DNA of 64,000 nucleotides from Octopus bimaculoides (taxonomy: Eukaryota): NCBI RefSeq assembly GCF_001194135.2, contig NC_068992.1:53296304-53360303 (forward strand), given 5' to 3'. The stretch's first letter is position 1. Every line of letters starts with the position of its first letter. This document shows, piece after piece, positions 49,561-62,508 of this stretch. The notes under the pieces are model-generated. The model worked only from the letters and a program-made list of their open reading frames with translations. It did no database searches and had not been told where the DNA came from. A program made the translations under genes and the position numbers.

Positions 49561-52500
49561 ATTCTTTTCTGCATATTCCAGCATGTAGCCATGACATTTT
49601 ATTAACAGGTCTTACGAGGTGTTCACTGGCATTATAAACATTTCGTCTGTCTGTCTGTATGTATGTATGTATGTATGTATGTATGTATGTACGTGCGTAC
49701 GTATGTATGTATGTATGTATGTATGTATGTATGTATGTATGTACGCATGTATGTATGTGTATATGTACTGACACAGCATCAACGATATCCTAAAATTGGT
49801 GTATTACTGTAAATCTACTTTTGATTTAGAAAATCTTGGAGTGGCTCTACGGATAGACTACTGAAGAATTTTTGAATTCCAAAAATAATCACACCCCAAA
49901 ATTGTTACCTGTACTACAGATCATCCCTTCTATGGAAATGTGGTACTTCTTGACTGCAAGAAATTCTCACCACACGTTTCGGCCGTTAGCATAAATATAG
50001 CACGAATTTTCTGCCTCTCGTTTCAAGCTGTAACATAAAGAAACCCTTTAAACAGGCTTGTATATACTCAAAAATATTAGTGAGTGCATCTATCCACAAT
50101 GCAACGTCTCCACAGAATTAATCAACTTAATCGTTAACTTTGCTGTTCACGTTACTTCTTTAAATGTTCTTTTTGACACACGTAGGTCCGCAAACTTCAT
50201 ATTTAAGACATTTCTGAATAAAACTTGAGGGTTTTGACTATGATTATAATGATATATTGATGGTTGCAGTTAAATTGACTATGCAATTCACAAAATATTA
50301 TGATTTAGAATTTAAAGTAAAAAATAAAATCTGCCCTTAAAACAAAATATGGCTCCTCTTATATGATATTAACGGCTTCCTATAAATTGACTGCTACTGA
50401 AGTCTAAAAGGATTTTTAACTATAATTAAAATTAAAATATTAAGCTGCCCTGTTATGTAGAGGTTTACTGTAGTATTGTGATTCTAATCTACCAATCGTG
50501 AATTTCTCTAGTGATGTGTGTAAATATTAGCGAAAGATTTAGGTGGAACTTATGTATACTAGATACGATTAAAGCATTGCTGATGACAAACTCTCCACTG
50601 TCACTCCGAAAATACTTAATGATGAAGTTACAAAGGTGAGTGTAATAACCCCCACTACATCTAGATGCACGGAACACATGCTCGTGGATATAAAGAAAGA
50701 GATAAGCTCAAGATTATGGATGTTAAATGAATACATGCACGATTCGTGTCTCTTTAATGAGAATTTGGTTCTTTTGACGGACGTATAGGAGAAAGGCCGC
50801 AATAAACCAGCTAGAACTGATAGTAATATAAATAAAGTCAGCAATTAAACAAATCACAATTAAGGACACCTAAGAACCTAATTAAATACGTCAATTATCA
50901 TAAAATTAAAACTCCGAGGAAGCTGTGAATTAGTCTGGTATATATTGATGACAATTAGTCGCTAGGAACATCCGATAAATTTTAATTTCCGGGAGGAAAT
51001 ATAGATTGTAAGGGTTCCGATATTTACCTTGTCTGAAAGTGAGAAGAGATCGTAGCAGCGTCACTTGGGGCTAGGCTTGTAAATTTACTCATTTACTGAT
51101 TCTCAGACATAGAGGAAATCTAAAAACTAGATTCTATGCATTTTGCCCATCGATTAAACTTATTTCCTTCTCATGTAATCTCTGTTGCGTATAGAAATGG
51201 TTACCATTTCTGAATACATACAAGAAAACTAGGTACATTTGTTCGTTTGCAATGCAAGACATATTATTGATGTGTTATCAAGTTTCAAATGTATTTGCGT
51301 ATGACTTTTTTGCTTTTCTTTTTCCATAATCTGTGCGAGTTGACAAGACATTCTTTTAGTTGAAAGCATTTGGACAAGTTCTTCATTTCGAAAAGCGACA
51401 GTAAAATGACAACATCACAGACATAGTCATCGTTTTGTTGTAAACGAACGTTACTGATTCTCTAGCAATGATGTCATTTATCTTGAACAATTTTGGTGGT
51501 TCCTGTAAGTGGTATTTGAAATTTCTGGGTAGCGTTGTCATAACAACTGACAAACATGATCCGTGTATATATTTCCTGCTGTTACGACCGCATTTTTTTT
51601 ATAACCCTTCATGTATTTCTCTAATTCCTCACGTTCCTTTATAATTACGCAGCATTTATTCCTTTAATTCCTGTTTGATACTCAAATTTCAAATTAATCC
51701 TCAGTAGAACCTGAATAGCATTTATATACGATCATTTCAGTTACCACGATGTCAAATAGGGTAACAGCAATAGTTATTCCGTCATCACCATGTTTTGCAC
51801 ACTGACCTCGCTACCAATTTTCCTTAGGTCAAAAGCAATAATATGTAGTAAAAGAATTGACTCTATTCTTGTTGTTCTATTCTCTAATGTCTCCTTTTCT
51901 AGACTAATGGCATCATACGTAGAGTATTTCCATATTTCTAATGTTACTGAAATCAATAGTTTTCTATTAACAATCATGCTGTACAAACAACCGATAATGG
52001 ACTCTACGCATTTGCATGTTTTCGTGCAGCAACTGTGGAGGTAATTAAAAAGGCATTTCTGACTGACATTGGGTACATTCCATTCAGATATCTTGTTGCA
52101 CGTGTAACAAGAGTTACTTTGTTTTGTGGTGTGAAACTATTTCTTCCCAGGGAAAATCATTAAATCTAAATTTGCCATTTAGCTACTCTAATGTTGCGGT
52201 ATGTTTTGTACGGTCTTCCTGCGGTTTGTCCAATTGGCGCCACCCATCACACTTGAGGCCGACTAATCTAGATTTATATTCACTGCCCACAATAACAATG
52301 CGAATCATGAAATTGGTATTACCACATAACGTCATACGATCTAATTTGAGGGCGTTTGAGTATTGTTATATGCATGTGGATTATGTATATGTATATGCGC
52401 TATGTGTGAGTATTTGCAAGTATGACACTTAATCCATTTAAGAATTGTAGGTAACAAAATGTCTAAACATAAAACTAATCAAGAATATATTTCATCAGTT

Positions 52501-53997
52501 ACATCTTTAACATTCCTTCGCATGTAAGAGAATTATCTCTCACAGAATTTGGATTTGGTTCTGCATTGTTTCAATGACCAACTTGCTAAATTTTTAAAAG
52601 TGTAAATACTTATGGTTGTAACTGTGTTTCATGCATTAGACAATAGTAGAGCAATATGTATTCAGTCGGTAGCTTGGGATACAATATATCAGCGATATTA
52701 TATACCAGGATTATACATCAGAGAACTATTCAGTATTAATGTTTTCAGCTTAAATTTAGTGTTTCAAAAATCAATGATAAACGTATCAATAGGGCACATG
52801 ATCAGTTTATTCTGAAATAGGTACGTAGCGATATTTTGATGAAAAAGAATGGGCGCCGAGTTAGTTATACCAACGGCATTAGTGATATTAGAAATATGAA
52901 TTTGACCCAACTTAAATGCGAAACAGAGACGCTCATCCTTCTGTAAAACAGAATTACATTTTGTTATTCGTTGTGCATCACATAAAAGTGAAACATATTA
53001 CTGACTATTAGATATGTAACTTAACGATTGGCGAATAAACCATTAAGCTTCAGTTTTATCACTCTGTTACAAGAAGTCATCTGAAAATGAAGCTTAAACT
53101 GTTTTGTTTCATTAATGTAGAGTGCACATTTTGAAATCTTATTTCCTGATTTCTTTCAGACATCTATAATTTCCAATTAGCAAACAGACAGTGACAAACC
53201 AGCTGGACATTATCTACTAGAGACATCAGCAACTAAAATACATTAATTGCTTATAGACTAATAATTCATTGGATCAGATGTTATTGCTGTATGGTATCTT
53301 CATTCAGCTATATTCATCTACAGTGTTTATCTACCATCTGTCTGCCTTGAGCGTGAAACAATACAATAACACGTTCTTTCAGAAAGATAGTTGTGCTTCT
53401 CATTTTCATAGTTTTTCTGTCGACTGTGAATATATACAACATGGACATCAGAATAAAACACACTGGAAAATATGAGTGTAAATCATAATTCAGAGTATTT
53501 ACCTTAGTTGGTCTGCCATTAATTTACGTCACTAATACCATTTGAAAATTGATAATATTTATGTGTAAGATGCAGTCACCACATCATTAATCCCTAGAAG
53601 CCTTAGAAAAATTACAGCTAGTGCTAAATTTGTGTTTGATAATTTCATTGCATAGCTGCTTAGCATTCGTGGATGAAGACATTATGGGAGGAAGTGACTG
53701 AATACTTGCTGGCACCGAACTGAAGGCATAGTTTACGAAACTTTTTGTTAGTTAGGTGGCTGAATTCAAGTTGAAATGTGGGCACAATCTGGAATAGCAA
53801 TGGCTCCGCTAGGAAAAAACTCCTACATAAAGTCAACAGGCACTAGATTCTTCAAAAGCTGAATGGTATTCAATGTTCTGTTTCCGTTTAAAAATCCACA
53901 TGAAATATTCTAATGTATTTTTACAATGTATTTTCCTGAAGGGCATTATTTGAATGCCGCCACCGTCTACTTTCAATTCCTTGATTCTTAGTGGCTA

Positions 53998-54164
53998 TAG
54001 GCGTAGGAGTGGCCGTGTGGTAAGTAGCTAGCTTACCAACCACATGGTCCCGGGTTCAGTCCCACTGCGCGGCATCTTGGGCAAGTGTCTTCTACTATAG
54101 CCTCGGGCCGACCAAAGCCTTGTGAGTGGATTTGGTAGACGGAAACTGAAAGAAGCCCGTCGTA

Positions 54165-54199
<35 letters not shown>

Positions 54200-54443
54200 N
54201 NNNNNNNNNGTGTGTGTGTGTATGTTTGTATGTGTGTGCTTGTCCCCCCAACATCGCTTGACAACCGATGCTGGTGTGTTTATGTCCCCGTAACTAAGCG
54301 GTTCGGCAAAAGAGATCCATAGAATAAGTACTAGGCTTCTAAAGAATAAGTCCTGGGGTCGATTTGCTCGACTAAAAGGCGGTGCTCCAGCATGGCCACA
54401 GTCAAAAGACTGAAATAAGTAAAAGAGTAAAAGAGTAAAAGAG
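53998..54443 (+). mobile_element. Young full-length family-A SINE (OK-type) with an internal TA/TG microsatellite
   Basis: Head ggcgtaggagtggccgtgtggtaag..gggttcagtcccac; body gggccgaccaaagccttgtgagtggatttggtagacggaaactg; tail (AAAAGAGT)3. Confidence 0.92.
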
Positions 54444-54586
54444 CAGCATTTAAATAATAAACCAAAAGTGAAATTCATTCAAAGTTGGGACATTATCAAG
54501 AATTCTTCTAGAACGTTCGTGTCAATTATACCAAGTAAATATAAGCTGATCACCACGTAAAAGATGTTGTTATAGAAAACAGAATA

Positions 54587-54781
54587 TTTATTTCTTTATT
54601 AGCCACAGAGGGCTAAACATAGAGGGGGAAAATAAGAGATGAAGTCGATTACATTGGCCCCAATGCGCAACTGGTACTAATTTAATCGACCCCGAAAGTA
54701 TCAAAGGCAAAGTCGACCTCGGCGGAGTTTGAACTCGTATCGTAACGTTAGATGAAATATCGCAAAGCATTTCGCCCGGCC
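54587..54781 (-). mobile_element. Family-B SINE, 5'-truncated
   Basis: Reverse complement: gccgggcgaaatgc..gagttcaaactccgccgaggtcgactttgcc..gtaccagttgcgcattgggg..tttagccctctgtggctaataaagaaata. Confidence 0.88.
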
Positions 54782-56320
54782 TATGACTGTTTGAAAATTA
54801 AGAATTTGAGGTTTCATTTATAGGATTTTGCAATGACCAGTATTTTTATCGTAACAGCATTACCAGGCGGGTTGCCAACCAAGACTCAGAGAGTCTACAG
54901 CAACTCTCATATACACATAGTCGAATAGCTGTCGACTCTCATGTGTTCCTTCGCATTTGGCGGGTTATGTTTTTCGTCCGGTAGGGTGTTCAAACAGCAC
55001 TCCCTACATTTCCACATTGTATATAGCTAATATGTCCCCAGAGTACATCCATGAAATTATTTATGATGATTAACCAGCTAAAGAACATAAATAAACGAAA
55101 ATTATAAACGTGAAAATTAAATGGCAAAGAAAGGAAGAAGGTAGAAAAGAAGGAAAGAACGATTGATCGATAGAAAATAGAAAAAGATTGCTAATTTATG
55201 GATTTTTTATCGCAGAGAATGCTCAGCCTGCCAGAGAAGTATTTGCCAAACTCTACATTAATATCCACCCACAAAAAGATTGTTAAGGTTTGATTTATGA
55301 GATTGTTTTCAGAACTTTACTATAGAGATTAATAAATATGAATAGGATGTGGAACTCCAAGTGACATGTTTCCCACAAACCCCCTTTGTGTTTGAGTTTG
55401 TGTTAATCTTAGAATCTTTTAAAGTCTGCTTTTAAGCTTCCATGAATCTATTACGCTGTGCTCAAACACGATGTCTTCCATATTAAATCGTAGTTGACGG
55501 TTGATTTTGGTTGCTTAAAGTATGGTATTGTAAAAGCAACTTGATATGCTGAATATCAGCATAGTAACATAGTATGATAGCCCATCCGAGAACCTTTGTA
55601 TGACAAATTTTCTCCAATCACTTTTTTGCTTAGAATTTCCCTTGGGCGTGCCATGTAGACATGATTAATATTTTTAGTATGAGACTTGTTCAAGCATTCA
55701 TACACTATCCAACTCTGAGAACATTTGAGGATAAATGCAAAGGTGAAAGTGTTATTACCGCTAATTAAGATAGTAATACCTGTATTTTATCAGTCCCCCA
55801 TTTTGTACCTTAGTTTTCAAAAATCTTTATTTGTCTTGATGACATCTTAGCAACAATGCAAGCAGTTGCGATACAGTATACTTCCAAGGTGCTCAAAATT
55901 CCCTACATTTATTTTACTTCAGCTCGACTTATTCCAAGAGGATTAATCTGTTTTAGGACAGAAGAATGCATTATTTCTCTTTTACTCCTTCTCGTATTGA
56001 GTCCAAAGTTGTAACACAATTCAAAGGTTCATGTTTTCATCCTGAACACATCTTGAACAAGAAATCAACATTCATCTGCAAACAGCAGTTGACAGTTAAC
56101 TATAGACGCTGGAATTTGCTTTTAAGCTTACAACTTGTGAAGGCTGAACAATAGGTTACTACATCCGTTCGAAATAGTGTCTGAAAGCATAATGATAAAA
56201 AAGAAACAAATGCTAAAATACAACAACACCGTTCACACAACTTATGACAGAAGATGATACAGACATGATCAGGCATACAATCGTGAAACAAAATGTGCAA
56301 CACGTACATATGTATATATG

Positions 56321-56353
<33 letters not shown>

Positions 56354-56747
56354 NNNNNNNNNNNNNNNNNNNNNNNNNNNNNNNNNNNNNNNNNNNNNNN
56401 NNNNNNNNNNNNNNNNNNNNNNNNNNNNNNNNNNNNNNNNNNNNNNNNNNNNNNNNNNNNNNNNNNNNNNNNNNNNNNNNNNNNNNNNNNNNNNNNNNNN
56501 NNNNNNNNNNNNNNNNNTATATATATATACATATAAACAAGTTTGAACAATATTTGAGAAAGGTTGTTTCTAAATTACCGCAACATTGTATGTCAAAATA
56601 CTTGATGAGGTCAGCAAAGATCTTGTCTCATTCTGCTCACTGCACCTTTTGACTTGTCTACCATCGAAAACAGTATCAGTATCTAATGCACGCTATTCCT
56701 CCATTTTAAAATAATTAAGGTGTGTGGTGTGTGGGCGTGTATGTAAG

Positions 56748-57557
56748 TACATGGAGTTGGGGATAAATTCGTCAACTTTTTTATGCCTCCTTTTTTCAAG
56801 AACACCTTGATGTATTGGCGAACAATGACCGGCATAGGAGAATAATTGAGAAAGAGGTAACTTCATACAGAGAGGACTGGAACCTATCTGAATCCTGGGA
56901 AAGAGTTACTTGCATCATAATGATTTGCACCAGGTGTCAGAATGCCACCATCATCATTGAGGCTCAATGCTTTGTGAGCATTGTGAAGTCTGTAAGACGT
57001 GGCATGAACAACTGCAACGGAGATTAAGTAGCCGTGGCCAGCAGGAAAAGACACAACAAGCGATCTGTATTCATCCTCACATCTCTGAACTTGGCCTTAG
57101 GCTTTATGAAGCTTCTGGCGATTGTGGTATTAACCTGGCGGGAGAGGATTCCCATTGGAAGGCCATATGTGTGTGGCACGAGGATTCGGCTTCTTGCCAT
57201 AACTCCGGACAGAGCCAGAAGTGGTTGTCGGAGAATTTCTACGACTTCACCAGTTCCAAATCTCTGGTCACGTAATTCTCCTAATTGTAATCGCAAGGCT
57301 TACTATGTGTGGAGCGCGGTTGGGAAAGAGAGCCACCGCTCTGCCTGCAACACCAAGGCCGAGCTAATGGCCAGGACCAAGGTGTTCGCAGGTCTTCCCA
57401 GAGACACAGTGTGGAATGCGTGCCCCTGTACCAGACGTTTCTTGAAGGTATGGTGGAAGCTGAGTGTGACACCTTCGAGTAAACTCTGAATTTTAAAATT
57501 GTGTTTGTTTTTTTTTCTTTCGTTGTAAACTATCGGATTTAGCCCGAATACCTTGTA
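56748..57557 (+). mobile_element. Internally deleted DD37D (maT) Tc1/mariner element with degenerate TIRs and TA ends
   Basis: HTH start (IIMICTRCQNATIIIEAQC..VKSVRR..GD..VASRKRHNKRS) is joined to the catalytic half (GRPYV.HEDSASCHNSGQSQKWLSENFYDFTS.NLW..NSPNCN..YYVWSAVGKE..SACNTKAELMAR). Left TAcatggagttggggataaattcg versus right reverse complement TAcaaggtattcgggctaaatccg. Confidence 0.82.
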
Positions 57558-58980
57558 TGTACATACATGCATGTGTATGCATGTATGTACATAGATATAT
57601 GCAGGTCGTTTACGCACATTCAAGCGTCAGGTATTGGTTTTATGACGGTGATACTAGATAACACATTTTGCCCAAGATAACACAGAATGGGAATTCATCC
57701 TGAAATCATTTTCGAGCTAAGCAAATTTCTTAACCACACGTCAGCATCTAGTATTGTGCACGAGAAGTGTATAATATAAAACTTGATAATACATCTCTGT
57801 TTGTCACATTGCATTGCGTTTATCTGATTATTTGTTACATATATTTGTTTATTTAATTCTCTATCTACCATCTGTTTATTTCCTCTATAGTCGTTAGCAG
57901 TAGGTTTTGTAGATTCTTTCAAAGTCATTTAGCTGATAATTAGTTTTGCAGCAACCTGTTTTCCTCCCTGGAGTTTCTTGTTTAACCGACCGACAGAACC
58001 GTTGTGTTGCTAAGAATCATCATCCCCACCAACGGTTTATCTAATGCAAATTCTTCTATGCGTTTTCAACATCTTATAATATCATATTCTAATTTAATCT
58101 CAGCTATATTGCGTAAGTATTCTCTATTTTCTTCCATTTGTTTTCCAGGAAATTTCAGAGAAATTTGTAAGCTTACCTTCCTTTTCACGGCTAAAATAGA
58201 AATATTACATTAATAAAACGTTTTGTGCAGATGTCCGAAAAAGAGAAACGTAGTTTACATCTCATTGATTGGTTTATTGTGTGCTGTTGTGAGGTTGACA
58301 GAGCGAGGGTGTAATATTGTGGATATCTACGCTTCTCTTAAAAGGCCATATAAATTGCTGTGAGTACCAATGCAATTTATATCACCTTAATAAACGCCAT
58401 ACTTATTTTTTTGCTTATTATGAACATATATTTCCATTTCAGATTCGTTGCTCTGAGTGTCATAGTTTTCTGTCTCCTTGGAACTGATTAATTCATATAT
58501 GGGAAAAAGTAATTGCTAACTTACAATCTAGATTAAATGGTAGTGGTTCTTGAAGAAAGAACTTCCATGTAGGAATCAATAAACAAATCATAACGCAGAT
58601 TTGCCTGCGACCATTTCCATTTAAGGTATATCGATATTCATACGGTGTTTGTTCAACTAAAAATATTTGAAACAAAATTTTCGACGTTTCGAAATATTTA
58701 ATTAATCAATGTTCTCAATTTGTAAGATAACTAATACTTACAACTGTATAAATGATTAAGCACCGTCAAAGAAAGCTCAGAAGATTTCGCCCATCTATGT
58801 TCTATTTCCAACTGAACGTCCTTCACGAACAATTATTGATGTGCTCCACTACAGTGGCTATCAATCCCCTTCTATATGGATTACCAAAAATTCTAGTTCT
58901 TTCTATCATTGACATTTAACAAGTCTCGGAACTAGTTCCTGTCAAGAAACAATAATTGTTGAATTTGTTGTTCTTTCTTT

Positions 58981-59013
58981 TAACCACTACGCCAACTACC
59001 CGTGGGCATATGG
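58981..59013. repeat. Remnant of the same fold-back junction as 22421-22464
   Basis: taaccactacgccaactacccgtgggcatatggtg versus taaccactacatcatatgcccgtgggcatatggtg. Confidence 0.65.
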
Positions 59014-61387
59014 TGAGGTCAGTTCTACATTTCATGTTTTCATGTTCGACACACTAGAGTGCTATTCCAGATCAATAAACTGTCGGGTTTACTAGGGACT
59101 CATACAAAATGCCTTACAGAAATTCTCCCACTCCTTTCCCTTTGTTTTCGATTGGTACGTTTAATCCGTCACGCTGTTTAACACTGTCACCAAGTCATTA
59201 GGTGACTTTAAAGGATTTCATTATGTTGCAAATTTTCTGGTATAACGATAACTTTTTCTATACTACTTACCAGCTAACGAAGCCGTGGGGAAAATATATA
59301 GGGCCGTGGATGTTGGCCTAATCTCCCTGCCCAAATGATTAGCAACATAAAAGTTCTGTGAGATCAGATTTATTATTCAATATTTTCGTTCTTTTCCGTG
59401 CTGGATAAATATAAGTCGGTGATATGTACTTAGGTACATTTAATTCAGTAACTATACGCCATCGCGTGCTACATGTGTGGCGATGAAAAGAAAAACAAGG
59501 AAAAAAGAATCATTGTTGTTATTGGTTTTATGGTGTGGGCTTAAGTTACAATGATGTATAAGAAGTGTTTTAAAGTTTTTCTTTAACGACACAATTCAGA
59601 GAGCAAAACTGAACCAGACAAGAGTTGATGTGAACAGTTATAACGTAAAATCTGTTACAATATTTGAAGTTCTTTATTTGTTGTTTGTTTTCTTATAGTT
59701 GCGATTTTTTAATTGAGGCAAGCTGGCGGCTTAAATGAGGTTTTAAATTTTATTACATATCATATGTATTTTTCGTTAATCCATTGAATTCAAACCCCCA
59801 CACACACATTAAACATACACATATTTATACAAATACATATAATACATACACACACGCACACGCACACACACACACATACATATATAATATATATATTGTT
59901 GTTTGTGTGATTTGAAAAAGAAAACAACATATTATTCTTGAGCTTGTCCGCCTATACTCCTATAATTTCACTGAAGTTTGTATACCATTAAAAGACTGTA
60001 GCAGCTGCAGCGGAATTAAAACACGCGCACATGCATATGCACGCACACTAATAACCACATGCAGACATACATTTATACATGCATAGAACTGCATACAAAA
60101 CATACATATATATAAGTTTTATATGTATATATATATATATATATGTATGTATATGTTGCTTTGCAGGAACGACTGTTTTAACGTAATCGCCTCTTGTCCC
60201 AGCGTTCGAAACGCGGAGCAGATAAAACAGGGGAGAACTGATCAAGAGAATGTTCTTTTTGTTGCTTGTCTTGTTTCTCTATTTGTTTCTTTCGTTGTTC
60301 GAAAAAAGAGTTTGTTTTTCATGTTTCTGTTTATTTAGGTTGACGTCCTGTACCCATATATGCATGTATATATACATATATATGTAGGTGTGTACATATA
60401 TGTATGTATATATGCATATATATTATTTACATTATATATTCATATATATTTAACATGTATAAATATGTATATGCATTTTATATCTGAATATATAATACAT
60501 ATATGTATATATTCACTTATACATGCATGATAATATACGTACATTACACACATAGATTCATACGTACATAAACGTGCGTGAGGATATAGTTATATGGATG
60601 TNNNNNNNNNNNNNNNNNNNNNNNNNNNNNNNNNNNNNNNNNNNNNNNNNNNNNNNNNNNNNNNNNNNNNNNNNNNNNNNNNNNNNNNNNNNNNNNNNNN
60701 NNNNNNNNNNNNNNNNNNNNNNNNNNNNNNNNNNNNNNNNNNNNNNNNNNNNNNNNNNNNNNNNNNNNNNNNNNNNNNNNNNNNNNNNNNNNNNNNNNNN
60801 NNNNNNNNNNNNNNNNNNNNNNNNNNNNNNNNNNNNNNNNNNNNNNNNNNNNNNNNNNNNNNNNNNNNNNNNNNNNNNNNNNNNNNNNNNNNNNNNNNNN
60901 NNNNNNNNNNNNATATATATATATATATATATATACCTATGTATATATATACACGCACACACATATATACATATATATGTATGTGTGAAGTGATGAATGG
61001 AGAGCCGATATTTGTGTGTGCTTATGAAACGAAATAGACGATATTACACACACATACACCTATGTGCATATACGTAGACTCACATATACACACATGCACA
61101 CACATACATACGCATGTACTTGTATAGAGACAGAAAACTGAATAGAGAAGCCAGTGGTTGTAGAACCGCAAAACAGTGGGCGAGAGTTCATATAACAATA
61201 TATGCGTATACTGTCTCGTGTTCGTGTAAATATATGCAAAAAATCAATTTATATTCATATATATCAAATATATTTTTGAATTTTAAATTAGATAAATTGC
61301 ATTCCAACATCTTTTTACATTAATTTTTAAATTAAAATTAGAAAATTAATGTATTCTTCGTCTGTGTCAAACAGTATCCTCTTCCGC

Positions 61388-61389
<2 letters not shown>

Positions 61390-61460
<71 letters not shown>
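61390..61460. repeat. (TCTA)n microsatellite
   Basis: Directly visible. Confidence 0.95.
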
Positions 61461-61461
<1 letters not shown>

Positions 61462-61654
61462 TTATGCATCTATCAATATATCTATTTACCTGTCTCTCCT
61501 TTTCTATATATGTCTGTGTGCATAAAGGGTATGATGCGTAAATTATTGCCATTTTATATTCTTTATTTCCGGCATACGCATTATTTGTTCATGATTTTGT
61601 CGATTATGCAGTATAGTAGGGTCAGTTGTACACAGCCTTTGAGAACAACAACAT

Positions 61655-62289
61655 CATGACTAAATGCACTCGGCCAGAAATTTGGAAACGACATGCTGTA
61701 CTGCTCGGCATTCGCGCTGGAATCTCCAATGCGAACATTTCAGAGTGCTTGGATGTCAATCTGAGGATAGTGCAATCTGGGGACATGTACCGAGAGTGAT
61801 GAATATCAAACATCCAGTCAACATCATGGTGTTTGGAGTTATCACTAGTGATGGCGTCGTTATACCTCCATTTATCTTTCCACACGGCCTCAGACTCAAC
61901 ACGCAGGCCTACATCAAGTGCCTGGAAGAAGTAGTGCTGCCCTGGATCAACAGGCTAACTGCTGGAGGAACCTATGCCTGACAACAGGACCATGCACCAT
62001 GCCAGACAAACAGGAAAACCCAGTCATGGCTGTCAGACAATATCTGCAACCACATCACGCTAACATCTGGCGAACAAACTCCCCAGACTGCAACCATCTT
62101 GATTATTATGCGTGGGGCGCAGTTGAACGAGAGACCATCAAAACTCCTTGTAACACCAAAGATGAAATGAAGTCATGGATTATAGCAGCATTCACCAACT
62201 TAAGCAAGAAGGCTGTTCCGAAGAGTTGCAGGAGATTCCGAAGTTCTTTGGAAGCCGTGGTTGAAGTCAATGTCGATTTTATTGCATAA
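61655..62289 (+). pseudogene. Internally deleted DD37D (maT) transposase relic
   Basis: MTKCTRPEIWKRHAVLLGIRAGISNANISECL is joined to KHPVNIMVFGVITSDG..PFIFPHGLRLNT.AYIKCLEEVVLPWI...GGTYA*QQDHAPC..RKTQSWLSDN...NSPDCNHLDYYAWGAVERET..CNTKDE..CRRFRSSLEAVVE; 37 residues between the second and third D when reconstructed. Confidence 0.88.
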
Positions 62290-62295
62290 ATTTAT

Positions 62296-62508
62296 CAGTA
62301 AAGAAAAAAGAAATTTTAGCACGCCGGGTGTAATGCTTAGGGTTATTTCGTCTGTCTTTGCTTTCTGAGTTCAAATTCCGCCGAGTTCGATTTTGATTTT
62401 CATCCTTTCGGGGTCGATAAATTAAGTACCAGTTGCGTACAGGGGTTGATCTAATCGACTGGCCCTTTACCCAAAATTTCGGGTCTTGTGCCTAGAGTAG
62501 AAAAGAAT
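62296..62508 (+). mobile_element. Family-B SINE beginning with a tail-to-head junction; third tail type
   Basis: cagtaaagaaaaaagaaattttagcacgccggg..gagttcaaattccgccgag..gtaccagttgcgtacaggggttgatctaatcgactggccc..cttgtgcctagagtagaaaagaat. Confidence 0.88.

Noticed and set aside
50575-50630. CTGATGA...CCGAAA as a hammerhead
   Set aside because: No stem II pairing and no NUH triplet in register.
53440-53485. IKHTGKYECK resembling a C2H2 zinc-finger linker or Ig motif
   Set aside because: Short, bounded by stops, and no flanking C2H2 or Ig pattern.
53530-53550. taataccatttgaaa resembling miR-29
   Set aside because: The seed differs from UAGCACC and no hairpin partner is visible.
50553-55288. 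Further isolated splice-like segments (donor after 50636; 55213-55288; acceptor at about 53160)
   Set aside because: Weak acceptor or donor, or unrecognised peptides; cannot be chained into a gene model.
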